Origin: Carcharhinus amblyrhynchos
Lineage: Eukaryota
NCBI GenBank assembly: GCA_965287045.1
Contig: OZ336885.1
Coordinates: 64,294,001-64,358,000, forward strand
Reading direction: 5' to 3'
DNA length: 64,000 bases
Positions within the stretch are counted from its first letter, which is position 1; each line of letters starts with the position of its first letter. The notes under the pieces are model-generated. The model had not been told where the DNA came from and did no database searches. It worked only from the letters and a program-made list of their open reading frames with translations. Below are positions 12,732 through 25,905 of the stretch, one piece after another. A program made the position numbers and the translations under genes.

Positions 12732-14371
12732 CTATCGTAGAATAGAATCATAATTGACCATATGGTTTACAAAATTGATTATAGATCTAATATAACAGTG
12801 CTGCGTTTCAGATTAATTCAGAACATAAGTCAACAGTCGCAGATTTTCACATTTGGCGCGGCGACTCTAAGGAAATGTTTCACCATGCTTTGTCTGAGTT
12901 TTATGAAGTATGTGCTTGCTTCGATTCAAATAGCCAATCTCGCCTTGGACAGGAAAAAAAAAGTCTCCAAGACCTTAAGTAGTCTCGAACGTGTCAAAAA
13001 GTGGATATTCATGTGGCGTGTTTGGGAAGAATCCCAGCCAATCATCACCCGGGAAACAAAAAGATGATGTTTTGGAACAATCAAAATTGGGCTCTCGAAA
13101 CACGTGGCTTTTCGTCTGTTCAACCTTATCGTTTGATACTATTTTGGCAGGACTGCAGACAAAATGAATAAACTTCTGAAAGATTAAACAAACAAAGAGA
13201 AACGTGTTTTATGTTTAATCAAGTGATCATTTACTATGGATTGCTGTTAACACTAAAAAAAATGAAATAGATGCTGAGTGAAAAACTATTAATTGCCAAA
13301 AAATGAAGCAGGCATTGGAGATGCATATCATCCATAAGAATGATTGATCTTTTCAAGGAAAAAGACGCTATCATGAGCAGTTGATAGTGTCAAATGGCAA
13401 TTGCGTCGCGCAGTTATGCTAAATGAGCGAACTTTTATAACATATTTGTGTTTTAACAGTGGAATATATTTTCTTGAAAAAAAAAAGCTGTCTTCCTCTT
13501 TTCCACTCATGATTTTTGCAGGTTGTTTAACTCTTGATTAATATAACATATATTGTTATCAGCATATTGCATTTCTTTTCTGTTAGGATGCGTTTCCACA
13601 AGTAGAGGTTGTTGTCGATATTCTTCTGATTTGGCCATTTGCTTTGACTCTCCTCGTATGTCCGATTGGAACTAGATGCATAGATATACAGAGGGTTATT
13701 TTAACTGTATTTATTTCTCTATTTGTCTGACAATTGTTAATATTTTTTGTGATGCTTCAATGCTCATTGGTTTTGACTGTCCTTCAGATCGCGGTTTAGC
13801 TTTTCATCAGTATTGTAGTTTTTTTTTTGTTTGGCCTGTCATTTAGGTTTTGTTCGTTATTCCAACAAAAGTAAAGCGTAATGTTATCACTTCTCGCATC
13901 ACGTTTGTTTTCGAACACGTCTGCCACTGAATTTCGAATTGCCACTCAATCTGCATCTCAGGAAAGGGGGTACACAGTTTGTTGCATTCCAAATTTACAT
14001 TTCCTCTTACGTAATCTCCCTATCACCATGTTAATTGCAGTACTTTAAAGTCATGCTTCATCGTCTTTAGTTGTTTCCTCCTTTTGAAATCGGATATTTA
14101 GACTGCTGTTTTTCTTCGGTTAATGGGGTCCGTTTATTTTTAATGCCAGCATTTTAAAATTATGTCTTTGGCGCGCCATGTTCATGCATCAAATGCTAAA
14201 AACAAACGGATAATTCACTATAGGTCCGTGAGTATGTTTAAACCCAAAGTTCAGGTATGCATGAGTGTAATCTCCATGCAGGTTCCATTCAAACAGTGCA
14301 TTCTATTGTAGATATATTGTAGCATTTGAGACTCTTCCAAATCACTTAGCATACGTACTGACACCCAAACA

Positions 14372-15025
14372 TGAGCGGGAACTCTCCGATCCCGAGGCGT
14401 TGTTTAGTTAACACGTCAGGCAAGGCGAATTGTGTGTGCGCTGATTTGCGAGATTTGTATATGGTTCCTGATACAGGGGAACATCTCCGATCACCTGACA
14501 TCGGTGCGGTTGGGACCATTTTAGTCGTATTTCAATGATGTTTAAATGTTAATTTCGGGTATGGGGATGACGGCTCCTGCCCCACACCCAGGCATTAAAA
14601 TTTCAATCCAGATTGGCTCAGACGCTCTGCCCACTTTCGGGGAATTGCAGGAGACAATGCAAGAAGATTTGACTAATTTGATATAGCGCCATGCAATGTC
14701 AGTGTAGTTAAAAAAAAAAGCTTCAGGTTTTAACTCGCCCACTTTCGTGAGTCTGTTCTGCCAGTGGAGGAAGCAAGCCGTGCAATAGTGATTATGACCG
14801 GCATTTTATTCAATCGTGAATCGGAGAGGAGGAAAAGGTTCTGCTTCAAGAGGTTAATTTCTGATACTATTGTCTCAATGTGGTTCCGTTCTCATATTTT
14901 GGTCAACAAGAGTTTTTCAGAGTCCATAAGGCGTCGTGTATTCTCCTTGTGTCCAGCTTCTAGGCCAACACAGTTTTTCATTCCCACCCCCCGCCCCCCT
15001 TGCTGGAATTCGTGAAAAGCGAGTA
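14372..15025. mobile_element. Degenerate Harbinger-type non-autonomous element(s)/MITE
   Basis: GC/CpG-richer island starting gagcgggaactctcc, resembling the GGGC.GGA.TT-type termini of Harbinger elements. The right end is unclear. Confidence 0.3.
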
Positions 15026-15859
15026 TCTTGATTGAACATGCCGAACTTCAATAAAGCTCAAACACAAGACTAACTATGGCAGTTTTACATCTCCGCAGAT
15101 CATGGTTGGCGCAGGGAGGCATATGTGCGGTCGGCCCTGGTTTAAAGATCAGCATGTTTAGCATTAACTTAAAGTTCCAGTGTGTTTGTGCACACACGAC
15201 TGGAACAACTGTTATATTTGACACAATACCGAAAAACATCAGGGATGGCCACTTGAAGTCGAATTTTCGAACGGTCGCAGAAACAACTCCACATCACGTT
15301 ACCACCCTTTCCCAGGGAAAATAACTCAACCAATTCAGTGCTCCTTCAGGTGCTCAGGTTGCGGAAGTCCCAAACATTGATTACAGAAAATGAAAATTGC
15401 TCCTTCAAAGCGATTGTGCCACACACTCTCCTCGGATTACAAATCAAAAGAAAAGTGTGAAGTTTTTTTTTTGCAAACTGTCTTAACAGAGTAAACTAAA
15501 TTATGAAATACCTTCGAAACTGGAATTAATAATAGCTGTGTTTTAATATTCAGCCATGGCAGTAAAGAACAAAGCTGGAAAAAATGTCACTAGCGATACT
15601 ATCAGTATTAGAATACTGGCATACTTTATAAAAGTCATGCATATCCTGCTTTTGAGCAACTAAAAACGTTGTTAATGTTGAGGAGATTTCCTTTTGGACA
15701 CATCGAAATAACTGGCCAACAATGAAAGGAGAATCGAAGGTCTTGCTGAGTAATGTGAATTACCTACGCAGTGTGAAAGAAGTTTGATTTGAGTAAACAT
15801 GGAGCATAGAAATCCGACACTGCAATAGTAGTCATTTTTCCCCCATCGAATGTGCAACG

Positions 15860-16125
15860 ACCATAATTCCTGCCATCGCATGTATTCCTACAATCCTCTA
15901 AATCCCATGTGCATCGAACATTTTCCTGCAATCCCGTGCATTTATCCTGTTCGAAGCCCTTGTAACGAATGGGTAATTTAGTACAACATTGAACTCTGAG
16001 GACCATGGGAAGGAACCACACACGAGGGAGAGCTGCATCACGACAGTGAGCCGAGGCCTGATTCGAATGCTTGATTCTGTCGCTGTGAGTGAGCATTGCT
16101 AATCAGTGTGCCGCTATGACATCCC
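15860..16125 (-). mobile_element. HE1-type SINE, degenerate
   Basis: acagtgagccgaggcctgattcgaa...gctgtgagtgagcattgctaatcagtgtgccgc is the reverse complement of the SINE tRNA head. Confidence 0.65.
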
Positions 16126-16427
16126 TCAAATTTTCAGGCAAACAAAAAAAGGAGTAGTTGGCGCTATTTCGAACAACGTTTGAGTCGGAAATCTGGCTAA
16201 AATTATTTGTACAGTCGAAGTTTAATTAGAACCATATGCATTCGCTATTGTTTCCTAAACACCTAAACTCCTTCACTAATACAGACTAAATAAAGAAGAT
16301 ATTATGCTTTTCGTGAGCAAGGCGTTGCTATTGATTGTGAGGTGATGCAGCAAATAGTAAATTTACACTTATGTTATATGTATTAAAGCTGCGTTGGTCT
16401 CGAATTTTAAATGCGAGTTTTCATTAC

Positions 16428-16454
16428 CTTCTTTGGTATCAGTGTCTTTTGCCT
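16428..16454 (-). CDS. Micro-exon (27 nt, phase 1-1): (E)AKDTDTKE
   Basis: cttcttcccttgtgtaacag|aggcaaaagacactgataccaaagaag|gtaatg. Confidence 0.7.
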
Positions 16455-17329
16455 CTGTTACACAAGGGAAGAAGTATAGGAATGGGACGTTTTCAGAATA
16501 TGCAAGAAATACAAAAACACACGTGCTGACATTCAATGAGAAGATCCTCCACAATGTGAGTCAATCGCTTAAATGCATGCAATTCTCCATGTTAACACAA
16601 ATAATTCGGTCAGTATTTTAATTTTCGTATTAAACGGTCGAAATGTTATATTGGATTTTTTTTTAACTAACGGATGTATATAAGTTAGCACATTCAAGTG
16701 CTGCAAGTCAAGCTCAATCTTGGCACACATGTTTCGGCCATTTCGGTCTGCTCTGGTTCACTATCGCTAACAGTTTCCTTTACTTCAGCTCAGTGGATTT
16801 GAATCCTGTTCAGCCATTCCAAATGCATATAAATTTCCCACCATTCAATTTCTCACCCATCGTTTTGTTCTCCCTTTCTATCCGAAAGGACCTGGCTAAA
16901 GTCTAGCCAGCTCCATTAATCCTGAGTATACAGGAGGTCAGGTCCAGCTTCTCATCAGCATGATGTTGCTCCGAATTATTCATTAAAAAAAAATGTTGAA
17001 CCAGTTTCTTAGATTTTCCAGAAGCCATGACTGCGTCATACCAGCTCAACTACTGAATGTCTTTGTTACCTGTGGAAATACGTTACAGCAAACATCCGAA
17101 AAAGCTTTAAAATGCTGTGTTTCAAGTTTACTTCTCTGCGACAGCGATCTTCTGTTTTGTCATCAATATAGCTGCATTAATCACAAATTGCGTTGATACA
17201 TCTTTATGCATTTCCATTCTTGAGATTACTTCTCCATTTGTCCGATTCTCTTGGAATCGTCCGTCCATTTTTCTTTGCTGCCACATTGCATTGGGTGATG
17301 GAGGGTGAGAAAGTAGCGATCCAAACCAG

Positions 17330-19570
17330 TCTCCTCGATTTGAACTTAGGGGAGTATGATCAGATGAGGGCGGAATTGGCTAATGTAGATAGGGGGCAAA
17401 GATTGGATGGTAGGAAAGCTGAGGAACAGTGGAGATTTTTAAGGAGATCTATTTCAGTACTCAGGTGAAATACATTCCGATGGCAATGAAGGACTGTAAG
17501 AAAAGGGATAAACAGCCGTGGTTATCGAATGAAATAATAGAGCGAATTAAATTAAAAGCCGATGCGTACAGAGCAGCTAAAAATAGTGGGGAATTAGAAG
17601 ATTGGGGAAAATTAAAAAAAAAATACAAAGAATGACTAAGGAAGCAATAAAGAAAGGGAAGACGGAGTATGGAACTAAAGTAGCTCTAAATATGTTTTAA
17701 AAATCGTAAAAGTTTTAACAAATATATAAAGAAGAGACTGGCTAGAATGAATGTTGGACAATTGGAGGACGAGAGGGGGGTTTAACGGTGGGCAACGAGG
17801 AAATGGGTTGGTCTTTGCTCAGGAGGACACAAATAGCTTACCGAATATTAAAGATAGAGGGATGGTAGGAAATGAGGTCCTTAATACAATTACTGTTACT
17901 AGAGAGGAGGTGCTTGTTAGACTAACGCGACTTAACGCAGACAAGTCCCTGGGAGCAGATGGAATGCATCCCAGCGTTCTGAAAGTAATGGCAGAAGTAA
18001 TAGCCGATGCCTTCGTAATTATTTATCAAAACTCGCTGGACTCTGGGGAAGTGCCGGAGAATTGGAAAACAGCGAATGTTATGCCGCTGTTTAAAAAACG
18101 TAGCAGACAAAAGACAGGGAATAAGAGGCCGGTTAGGTCAACGTCCAAGGGCTGGAAAAAGGTTAGAATCCATCATCAAATAACAAACAGCAGGATACCT
18201 CGAAAAGAACAGTTTGATCAAGCAGACACAGCACGGATTCGTGAAGCGGATGTCGTGTTTAACAAATTTACTGAATTTCTATGAAGATGTGACTACCGTG
18301 CAAAACAGAGGGGAACCAGTGGATGTGGTGTTTTGAGATTTCCAGAAGGTGTTTGATAAGGTGCCTCAGAAAATGTTGCTGCAGAAGGTTAGGATACACG
18401 GAGTTGGGAGTAAAGTGTTAGCGTGGATTGAAGATTGATTATCTAACAGGAAGCAGAGAATTGGAATCAATGGATGTTTTTCTGGTGGGCAGTTGGTGAC
18501 TAGTAGAGTGCCACAGGGAGAGGTGCTGGGGCCTCAGCTGTTTACCATTTACATAGATGAGCTGGAGGAGGGGGCTGAGTGTAGCGTAACAAAAGTTGCT
18601 GATTACAGGAAATGAGTGGAAGGGCGGGTTGTGTGGAGTGCGCGCGGGAGGCGGGGGAGCTGTGGAGAGGCCTGCGTGGGCTGGGTGGGTGGGCGAGGAC
18701 CTAATAGATGGAGTGTAACGTTGGTAGGTGTGAGGTTATCAAGTTTGCTGGAAACAATAGTAGGAGGGATTATTATTCAAGGGGTGAAAAGCTGCCGCAT
18801 GCTACTGTGCTGAGGGACCTAGGGGTCTTTGTGCACGAATCGCGGGGAGTCGGTCTTCACGTGCAGCGGGTGATCAGGAAGGTGAATACAGTGTTGGCCT
18901 TTGTAGAGAGGGGGTACAATATAAGGGTGGGGAGGACTTGCTGCGGCTCTGCAGGGCACTGGTGAGGCCGCGGCTGAGGTACTGTGTGCAGTTTTGGTCC
19001 ACTTATTTGCGAGGGGATGCGTTGGCCTTGGGGGGAGTGCAGCGAAGGTTCACCTACTCTCACTGATGCCGGGAGGAGGGGGTTGGTCTCTGGGGAGAGG
19101 TTGAATTGATTGGTCCTGTACTCGTTGGAGCTTGGAGGGCGGAGGGGGGATCCTGTAGAGAATTACAGGAAATTAGGGGGCGGGGAGCAGAGTGGGGTGG
19201 AGGTAGAGGAATTATTTCCGCTTAGAAGGGAAGGCAGGGCTGGAGGGCACAGCCTCAAAGTTGGGGGTGTGGTGGTGTTTGGAGCGGCGTTGAGGAGGGT
19301 CTTCTTCACTCAAAGGGTGGTGAGTCTCTGGGGTTCTCTGCCCGTTGGGGTGGTTGAGGCTGCCTCGTTGAATGTGTTTGGATCACGGGCGAATGGGTGT
19401 CTGATGGACGGGGGGATTGAGGTTTACGGGGAGAAAGCGCGGAGGGGGGTTGGGGTGGTTGGGGGTTGGGCTGATCCACTTTAGATCAGCCATGGTCTTG
19501 CTTTTTGGTGGGGCAGGCTCAAGGGGCTGGGTGGCCTATCCCAACTCCTATTTCTTATGTTCTTATGATT
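17330..19570 (+). mobile_element. 5'-truncated CR1 LINE (ORF2 RT region plus 3' tail); 3' ~950 bp is A->G hypermutated
   Basis: ORF 17751-18284 contains KSLGADGMHPSVLK and GEVPENWKTANVMPLFKK. DFQKVFDKVP and VPQG.VLGP motifs follow; tail ttcttatgttcttatg. Confidence 0.92.
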
Positions 19571-20140
19571 GGTGCATCAAAGTAATGTTTTGAGGCGTGC
19601 AGTGTGAACTAAGTGCCATGTTTGCTCATATGTAACTATGTATAGATCGAACGTAGCGGAATGCGTGAGTATTGTCTCCATGTGGACTCTTTCCAGACAC
19701 AGCAACACATCGGTTATCGTTAATCCTCTCGATCAAACTCGGAGCTGATCTTCCTCCATCCCGGGAGAAACGTTTTGCCTCCGAATCAAAAGCATATACT
19801 AGGTATTGTAGTTTCAATTAATTGGCATCATACTTCCAGATATGCTTGAAGCTCCCCTTAAAATGGTGGCTTAAATTCTATTACTCATTGAACCACAATT
19901 GGTCAAGTCGTGTGATTGAAAGAATGGTGAAAGATTTTTTTTCAATGATGGTATTGATGACTGAGAAAGAACATAATTTCAATGATGTTATTGATAGGAG
20001 TCTAATTCTATTATTTTGTATTTTGTGTGATTTATCTTGGTGAGGTCGAAATTGTGTTTGTTTTCAACTATAATATGATTCCTCTGTGTGAGGTGGTGAT
20101 GAATAACATGGGTGTCGAAGTTTCAACTTGGGAGTTTGAC

Positions 20141-20673
20141 TGTTAACAGAAATATACATTAACAAAAGATACTAGACCGTCAGATTATGCATTTATTTAC
20201 TTGCGAGCAAGGGAATGCGCTAAGCAAAACGTCAGGACATTTCTTCAGCGGAAAAAAAACATGGTTTATATAATTTTGTAGCGCTTGATCAGCGAGACGC
20301 AATACAAACAAAAGGTTTACCGACTAAATGCATTCTGCATCAATCCAATAGATTACAATAATGAACATCCCGTGCGGCAGGATCACCATTCACACTTCTG
20401 AACTGCCTTTGAGTCCTTACCTCAATCTTACCCTTAGCCGCTCACATTTATCGAATATATTTTAAGTTCGTAGAAGCCTCACAAAGCAGCTTCATTCGAA
20501 GCAACCGTACAAAGGGCTGTTTCAAGTCATAAAGTGGGCATACCAAAACCATTAGAATTTTATGGCATCGTTAATGAAGTTAACTGAATCTCTACCGAAT
20601 GTGGTAAAATCAACTTATCTTCGGAATATGCCTTGATAGAATTTCTTTCTGATCAGTCTATTCATTGTCAACA
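20141..20673 (-). mobile_element. Putative solo LTR
   Basis: Ends TGTTAACA...TGTCAACA (7/8 inverted repeat). On the - strand a TATATAAA (20272-20265) precedes AATAAA (20197-20192). No clear TSD. Confidence 0.4.
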
Positions 20674-21199
20674 TAAATGGAGCCCATGCCCATATAAGTC
20701 ACCGAACTAATTACTAATAGCAAATAATAATTGTTTCAAGATGTGAAAACATATAATCACAATTTGCAAATTTCTGTACTAACTTGCAGCTTTTACTCCA
20801 AAGCTGCTTCTCCATGAAATCATATCTAGCACTCTTTTCATAGCGATTTATTTCGTGTACATCTATTGGTGTGGTCCACTGTGTGGAAAATAAAAGTCAC
20901 CTTGTAGACATTGCATTTGTAATGGGTGCAATCGCTGCTTTGGAAATATCTATATCAAGTACACCGATGATTGATGAGATAATTTGAAGAAAATGTGATG
21001 CCCAACATGGACTGGAAAGATTCAGAAAGCCCACTCACAATCATCTTTTCCTGTTCAAATATTTATACGAAGTGATTTTTTTTGTTTTACTGGCGATGCT
21101 TACAAACCTCGTACGAATAATACAAATATATAAAATGAATCAGTTTAAATTATGTAATTTTGATTCAGTTTAACCTGTTACCTCGGAAAAGTTTAATAG

Positions 21200-22447
21200 T
21201 GAGTGTCATCATTCGATGCACAGACAGGCGTTTCGGTTGTTGCAATCCAGACTCCAGGAAGGTGTGTTGCCATGGTCAAGGACGTCTCCCAGCGACTGCA
21301 GTACGTTATGAAGGAGTAGGGTAATCAGCCAGAGGTCGTTTTCCATGTTGGTATCAGGGAAAAGAGATGAGGTCCTGAAATGTGAATTTAATGAGTTACG
21401 CAGAAGTCAAACGTGCAGGAACTCGAAGGCAGTAATTTCAGAATTACTACCGGTGCCACGTACTAGTGAGAGTAGGAGAAGGAGGATTAAGCAGATGAAT
21501 GCCAGTCTTTAGGGCTGGTGAAGGGGCGGGGATTTCGATTCTTTTTATATCATTGGGATAATTTATTGGGAAAGGTTGATCTGTTCAAAGGTTACATTGG
21601 AACTGGAGAGGGACAGACATCCTGGCGGAGAGATTTGCTCGAGCCACTCGGGAGGGGTGAACCAAGTTTGCCAGGGGGTTGTAATCCAAAGCTGTAGGGA
21701 GACAGAAGTGAGGTTTGAGGACAGCACAGAAGTTAAATAGAACACACTAACATTAAAGGCAGTGTCAGTAATCCTAGTACCTGATATATAAAGTAAAATC
21801 AGGGCAGGGAGCAAGGAAAATCCAGATTAAACTGCATTTATTTCAGTGCAGGAAGCCGGACGGGCAAGACAGCTGATTTCAGGGCATTCATGGGTTCGAC
21901 CGATTGGAATATTATAGCAATTACTGAAAAACGGTTAAGAGAGTGACAAGGCTGGTTCAATATTCCAGGGTACAGCTGCGATAGGAAAGATACAATTGCA
22001 GGTAAGAGAGGAGGGGGAGTTGCACTTTTGATTAGGGAAAGAGTCACAGCCATACTGAGAGGCGATATATCCGAGGGTTTGGCCACTGAGTCTATACGTG
22101 TTGAACTGAGAAATAAGCGGGGAAAATCATTTTGATAAAGTTGTGCTATCGGCATCCAAATAGTCACCTGGAAATTGAGGAGCCAATGTGTAAGAAGATT
22201 ACAGATAGCTCCAACAAAAACAGGGTGGAAATAGGCGGAAATTTTAATTTTCCCAATAAAGACTTGAATACCCACAGTATTAGAGGGTTGGATGGAGAGA
22301 AATTTGTTGAGTGCATTCAGGAGGAATTTATCATTCAGTCTGTGGATGGCCCGACCACAGAGAGAGAAAAATAACACTTGGCCTCCTCGTGGGAATTAAG
22401 GAATTTCAGGGGACAGAAGTGTTAATGAGGGATCACTTTGGGACCAA
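21200..22447 (+). mobile_element. CR1 LINE fragment: ORF1 esterase end plus ORF2 endonuclease
   Basis: CIYFSA...WNIIAITE, RGGGVALLIRE and GGNFNFPNKD endonuclease motifs. Confidence 0.85.
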
Positions 22448-22449
22448 GC

Positions 22450-24735
22450 AGCAAAACAAAGAACAAAAAAAAAAGCACGGGAACAGGCCCTTCGCCCCTC
22501 CAGGCCTGCACCGACCATGCTGTCTGATGTAACAAAACACTACGCTTCCGCAGACGATATCCCTCTACTCGCATCGGATTCACGTATTTGTCGAGACACC
22601 CCTTAAGAGTTACTACGCTCTACGCTTCCTCTAACTCCCCCAGCAACGATTTCCCGTCACCTACCACTCTGTGGATATACAATCTGTCTTGTACATCTCT
22701 TCTAAAACTTGCCTATCGACCATAAACCTATGCACCCTAGGAATTAACTCATCCACAATTGAAAAAAAAAAGCTTCTCACTGTCCACACTGTCCACGTCT
22801 CAAAATCTTGAAGACCTTTATCAGGTCGCCCTTCAACGTCCTTTCCTCCATTGAGGACAAATTCATTTCTTCAAATTCTCCTCGAAGCTTATGCCTTCCA
22901 TGCCAGGCAAGATCCTGGCAATTTTTTTTTTCTGTACCCTCTCCAAAGCCTCCTAGTAGAGTTGCAACCAGAATTGAAAACTATATTCCAAGTGTGGCCT
23001 CATTAAGTTCCTATAGAGCTGCAACATTACTTGCCAATTTTTCAACTCAACGCCCTGGCCGATTAAGGCACGCATGCTGTATGCCTTCTTGACTGCCTTC
23101 TGCACTTGCATTGGCACTTTCAGTGACCTGTGAACCCATACATCCAGGTCACTTTTCTTATCAATACTCCTAAGGGTTCCGCCACTTACTGTATATGACC
23201 TATCTGCATTAGAAATTCCAGAATGCATTGTCTCACATATGTCCAGATTAAACTCCATCTGCCATCTCTCTGCCCAATTCCCCAACTGATCGATGTCCTG
23301 CTGAATCCTCTGATGGTCCTCATCACTATCCGTATATCCAACAGCCTCTGTGTCTTCCGCAAACTTAGTAAACAATCCAGTTGCATGTTCCTCCAAATCA
23401 GTTTATTTATTTAATTAACTATTACGAACAGCTAAGTCCCAGCACTGATCCTTGAGGATCACCGCTTGCCATTGCCCTCCATTCAGAAAGGCACCTTTCC
23501 TCGACTACCTTCTATCTTCTTCGACCAAGTAAGAAGTCTCACAAGTCCCTTGAGGACAGCAAAGGGACAAACCCCGAAAGCTAGTGGGTTTACTATCAAA
23601 TAAACCTGTTGGACTTTAACTTGGTGTTGTGAGACTTCTTATTGTGTTTAGCCCAGTTCAACGCCTGTATCTCCATACCATGACTCCTTTGACCAAGTCA
23701 GTTTTCTATCCCCCTTGCCAGCTCACCCGTGATCCCATGCAACTTCACCTTCTGCACCAGCCTGTCATTAGGGACCATGTTAAAGACCTTACTGAAGTCC
23801 CTGTAGACATCATTCATTGCCCTACCCTCATCAACCATATTCACCACTTCCTCAAAATCTCGGTCAAGTTCGTGAGGCACGACCTCCTCTTCGCAAAACC
23901 ATGTTGCCTCTCACTAATACGTCCACTTATTTCCAAGTGGGAGTAAATCCTGTCTCGAAGAATCCTCTCCAATAATTTCCCTACCACTGATGTAAAGTTC
24001 ACCGGCCTGTAATTCGCTGAATTATCCTTCCTATCATTTATAAACAAATGAACAACGTTGGCTATTCTCCAACCCTCTAGAACTTCACCTGTAGCCAGTG
24101 AAGATACAAACATTTCTCTCAAGGCCTCAGCAATTTGCTCTCTTGCCTCTCTTAGTATTGTGGGATATATGCCATCAGGTCCTGGAGACTTGTCTACCTT
24201 ATCGTTTCTTAAGAACACCCAAACCTCTTCTTTGTTGATCTCAACATGACTCAAACTATCTACACATCTTGTCTCATATTCATCATCCATCAAGTCCTTT
24301 TCCTTGGTAAATACTGATGCCAAATATTCATTTAATACCTCGCCCATTTCTTTTGGCTCCATACATAGACTCCATCTCTCTTCATTAAGTGGGCCAAACC
24401 TTTCCCTGGTTACCCTCTTTCTTTAACATATGTATACAGAGTCTGGGAAAATCCCTTATCCAAGCTGGCCAATGTTTGTTTTTCATGACCCGTTTTAGCT
24501 CTTCTTACTCTTTGTTAAAGTTTCTTTCTAGTTTCCTTGTATTTCACACATGTGTTTCTTTTCTCTCTTTGACCAGGCTCACAATATCTCTCGTTATCCA
24601 AGGTTCCTGAAACTTGCCATATTTATCCTTCATCGTTATAGGAATGTACCCGTCCTGAATCCCTACCAATTTACACTTCAAAGCCTCCTCTATGTCAGAT
24701 GTTGATTGACCCTCAAACATCTGTTTCCAAGCAAC
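22450..24735 (-). mobile_element. CR1 LINE (ORF2 RT plus tail) nested antisense inside the + strand CR1
   Basis: ORFs 23841-24362 (KSPGPDGIYP, WRIANVV.LF, QHGF..RSCLTNL), 23698-23880 (DFSKVF.MVP) and 22953-23396 (KFAEDT, RPHLEY). Tail aacaaagaacaaa near 22455. Confidence 0.92.
23531..23683 (+). mobile_element. Penelope-derived short element with 5' inverted segment and target-site duplication
   Basis: Perfect 14-bp inverted repeat aagaagtctcacaa (23531-23544)/ttgtgagacttctt (23627-23640). Flanked by cttcttcgaccaagt (23516-23530) and ctcctttgaccaagt (23684-23698). Retains ccgaaagctagtg but lacks CTGATGA. Confidence 0.8.
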
Positions 24736-25905
24736 ATTCAGGGACCGTAACTCTGTTAGGTTAAGATGGCTATGAAAAATGATAGGTTCATCCCAAAGTT
24801 AAAATTCTAAACTGGGGCAAGACCAATCTTGATGGACTGAAACCTGGTGTTGTCAGACTTTTTACTATACTGACAGAAAACAGAAGGCGGTTGTAGAGAG
24901 CTGTTTTCAGCAGTGTGGCTCAAGGATCAATGCTGGACCTATTGTTATTTGTCATTTGCATTAATGATTTTGATGAGAGTATAGTGAAAATGGTTAATAA
25001 GTGTGCAGATGAGAGCAAGATTTGGTAGTATAGTGGACAGTGAAGAAAGTTATCCCCATTTGTAACCGATCTTCAACAATTGGTCCAACGGGCTGACGAA
25101 TGACAGATGGAGTTTAATTTAGACAATTGCGAGGTGATGCATTTTTGTAGATTGAACCACGACAGGACATACTCATTAAATATTAGCGTGGTTTGTGTGT
25201 TACAGGACAAAGAGATTTCGGGCACGTGTTCATAGCTCCTTGAAAGTGGAGTCAAAGGTGGACAGAGTTTTGAAGAAGGCATGTGGTATGCTTGGCTTCA
25301 TCGGTCAGAAATTGAATACAGGAACCGGGACGTCTTGTTAAAGTGGTACAAGACATTGGTAAGACCACACTTGGAATATTGCGTACCATTCTGTTCACCC
25401 TATTATAGAAAGGATGTCATTAAACTAGAAATAGTGCAGAAAATGTTTACGAGAATGCTACCGGGTATTGGTGGATTGAGTTATAAGGAAAGGTTGAATA
25501 GACTGAAATGTCTTTCCCGGTAGCGTAGGAGGCTGCGCGGTAACCATATAGCGGTCTAATAAATAATGAGAGGCATAGACAAGATAGATAGTCAGTATTT
25601 TTTCCCCAAAGGTAGGGGGGTCTAAAACTAGAGGACATAGATTTAAGGTGACAGTGGGGAGGTACAGAAGTGTCCAGAGGGGCAGTTTGTTTTCAGAGAG
25701 AGAGAGAGGTGAGTGTCTGGATCAAGTTGTCAGAAGCAGTAGTGCAGGCAGGAACCAGTTTATCCATTGAAAAGGCATTTAGATATTTACATAGGGTTGG
25801 ATGAGAATGGATGGATATAGGCCAAATGGGGACAGTTGGGATTAGCTTCTCTTTTTAAAGGTAGCGTGGACAAGTTGGGCCGAAGGGCGTGCTCTATGAC
25901 TCTAC
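24736..25905 (+). mobile_element. Continuation of the + strand CR1 (post-endonuclease stub, then RT C-terminus and 3' end)
   Basis: Resumes after the nested insertion (aaattctaaactggggcaag). ORF 25281-25523 reads YKTLVRPHLEYCVPFCSPYYRKD; ends ctctatgactcta. Confidence 0.85.

Noticed and set aside
20784-20878. 95-nt minus-strand exon candidate WTTPIDVHEINRYEKSARYDFMEKQLWSKSC
   Set aside because: Good acceptor but a weaker donor, phase 0-2 incompatible with the phase-1 array, and no recognisable homology.
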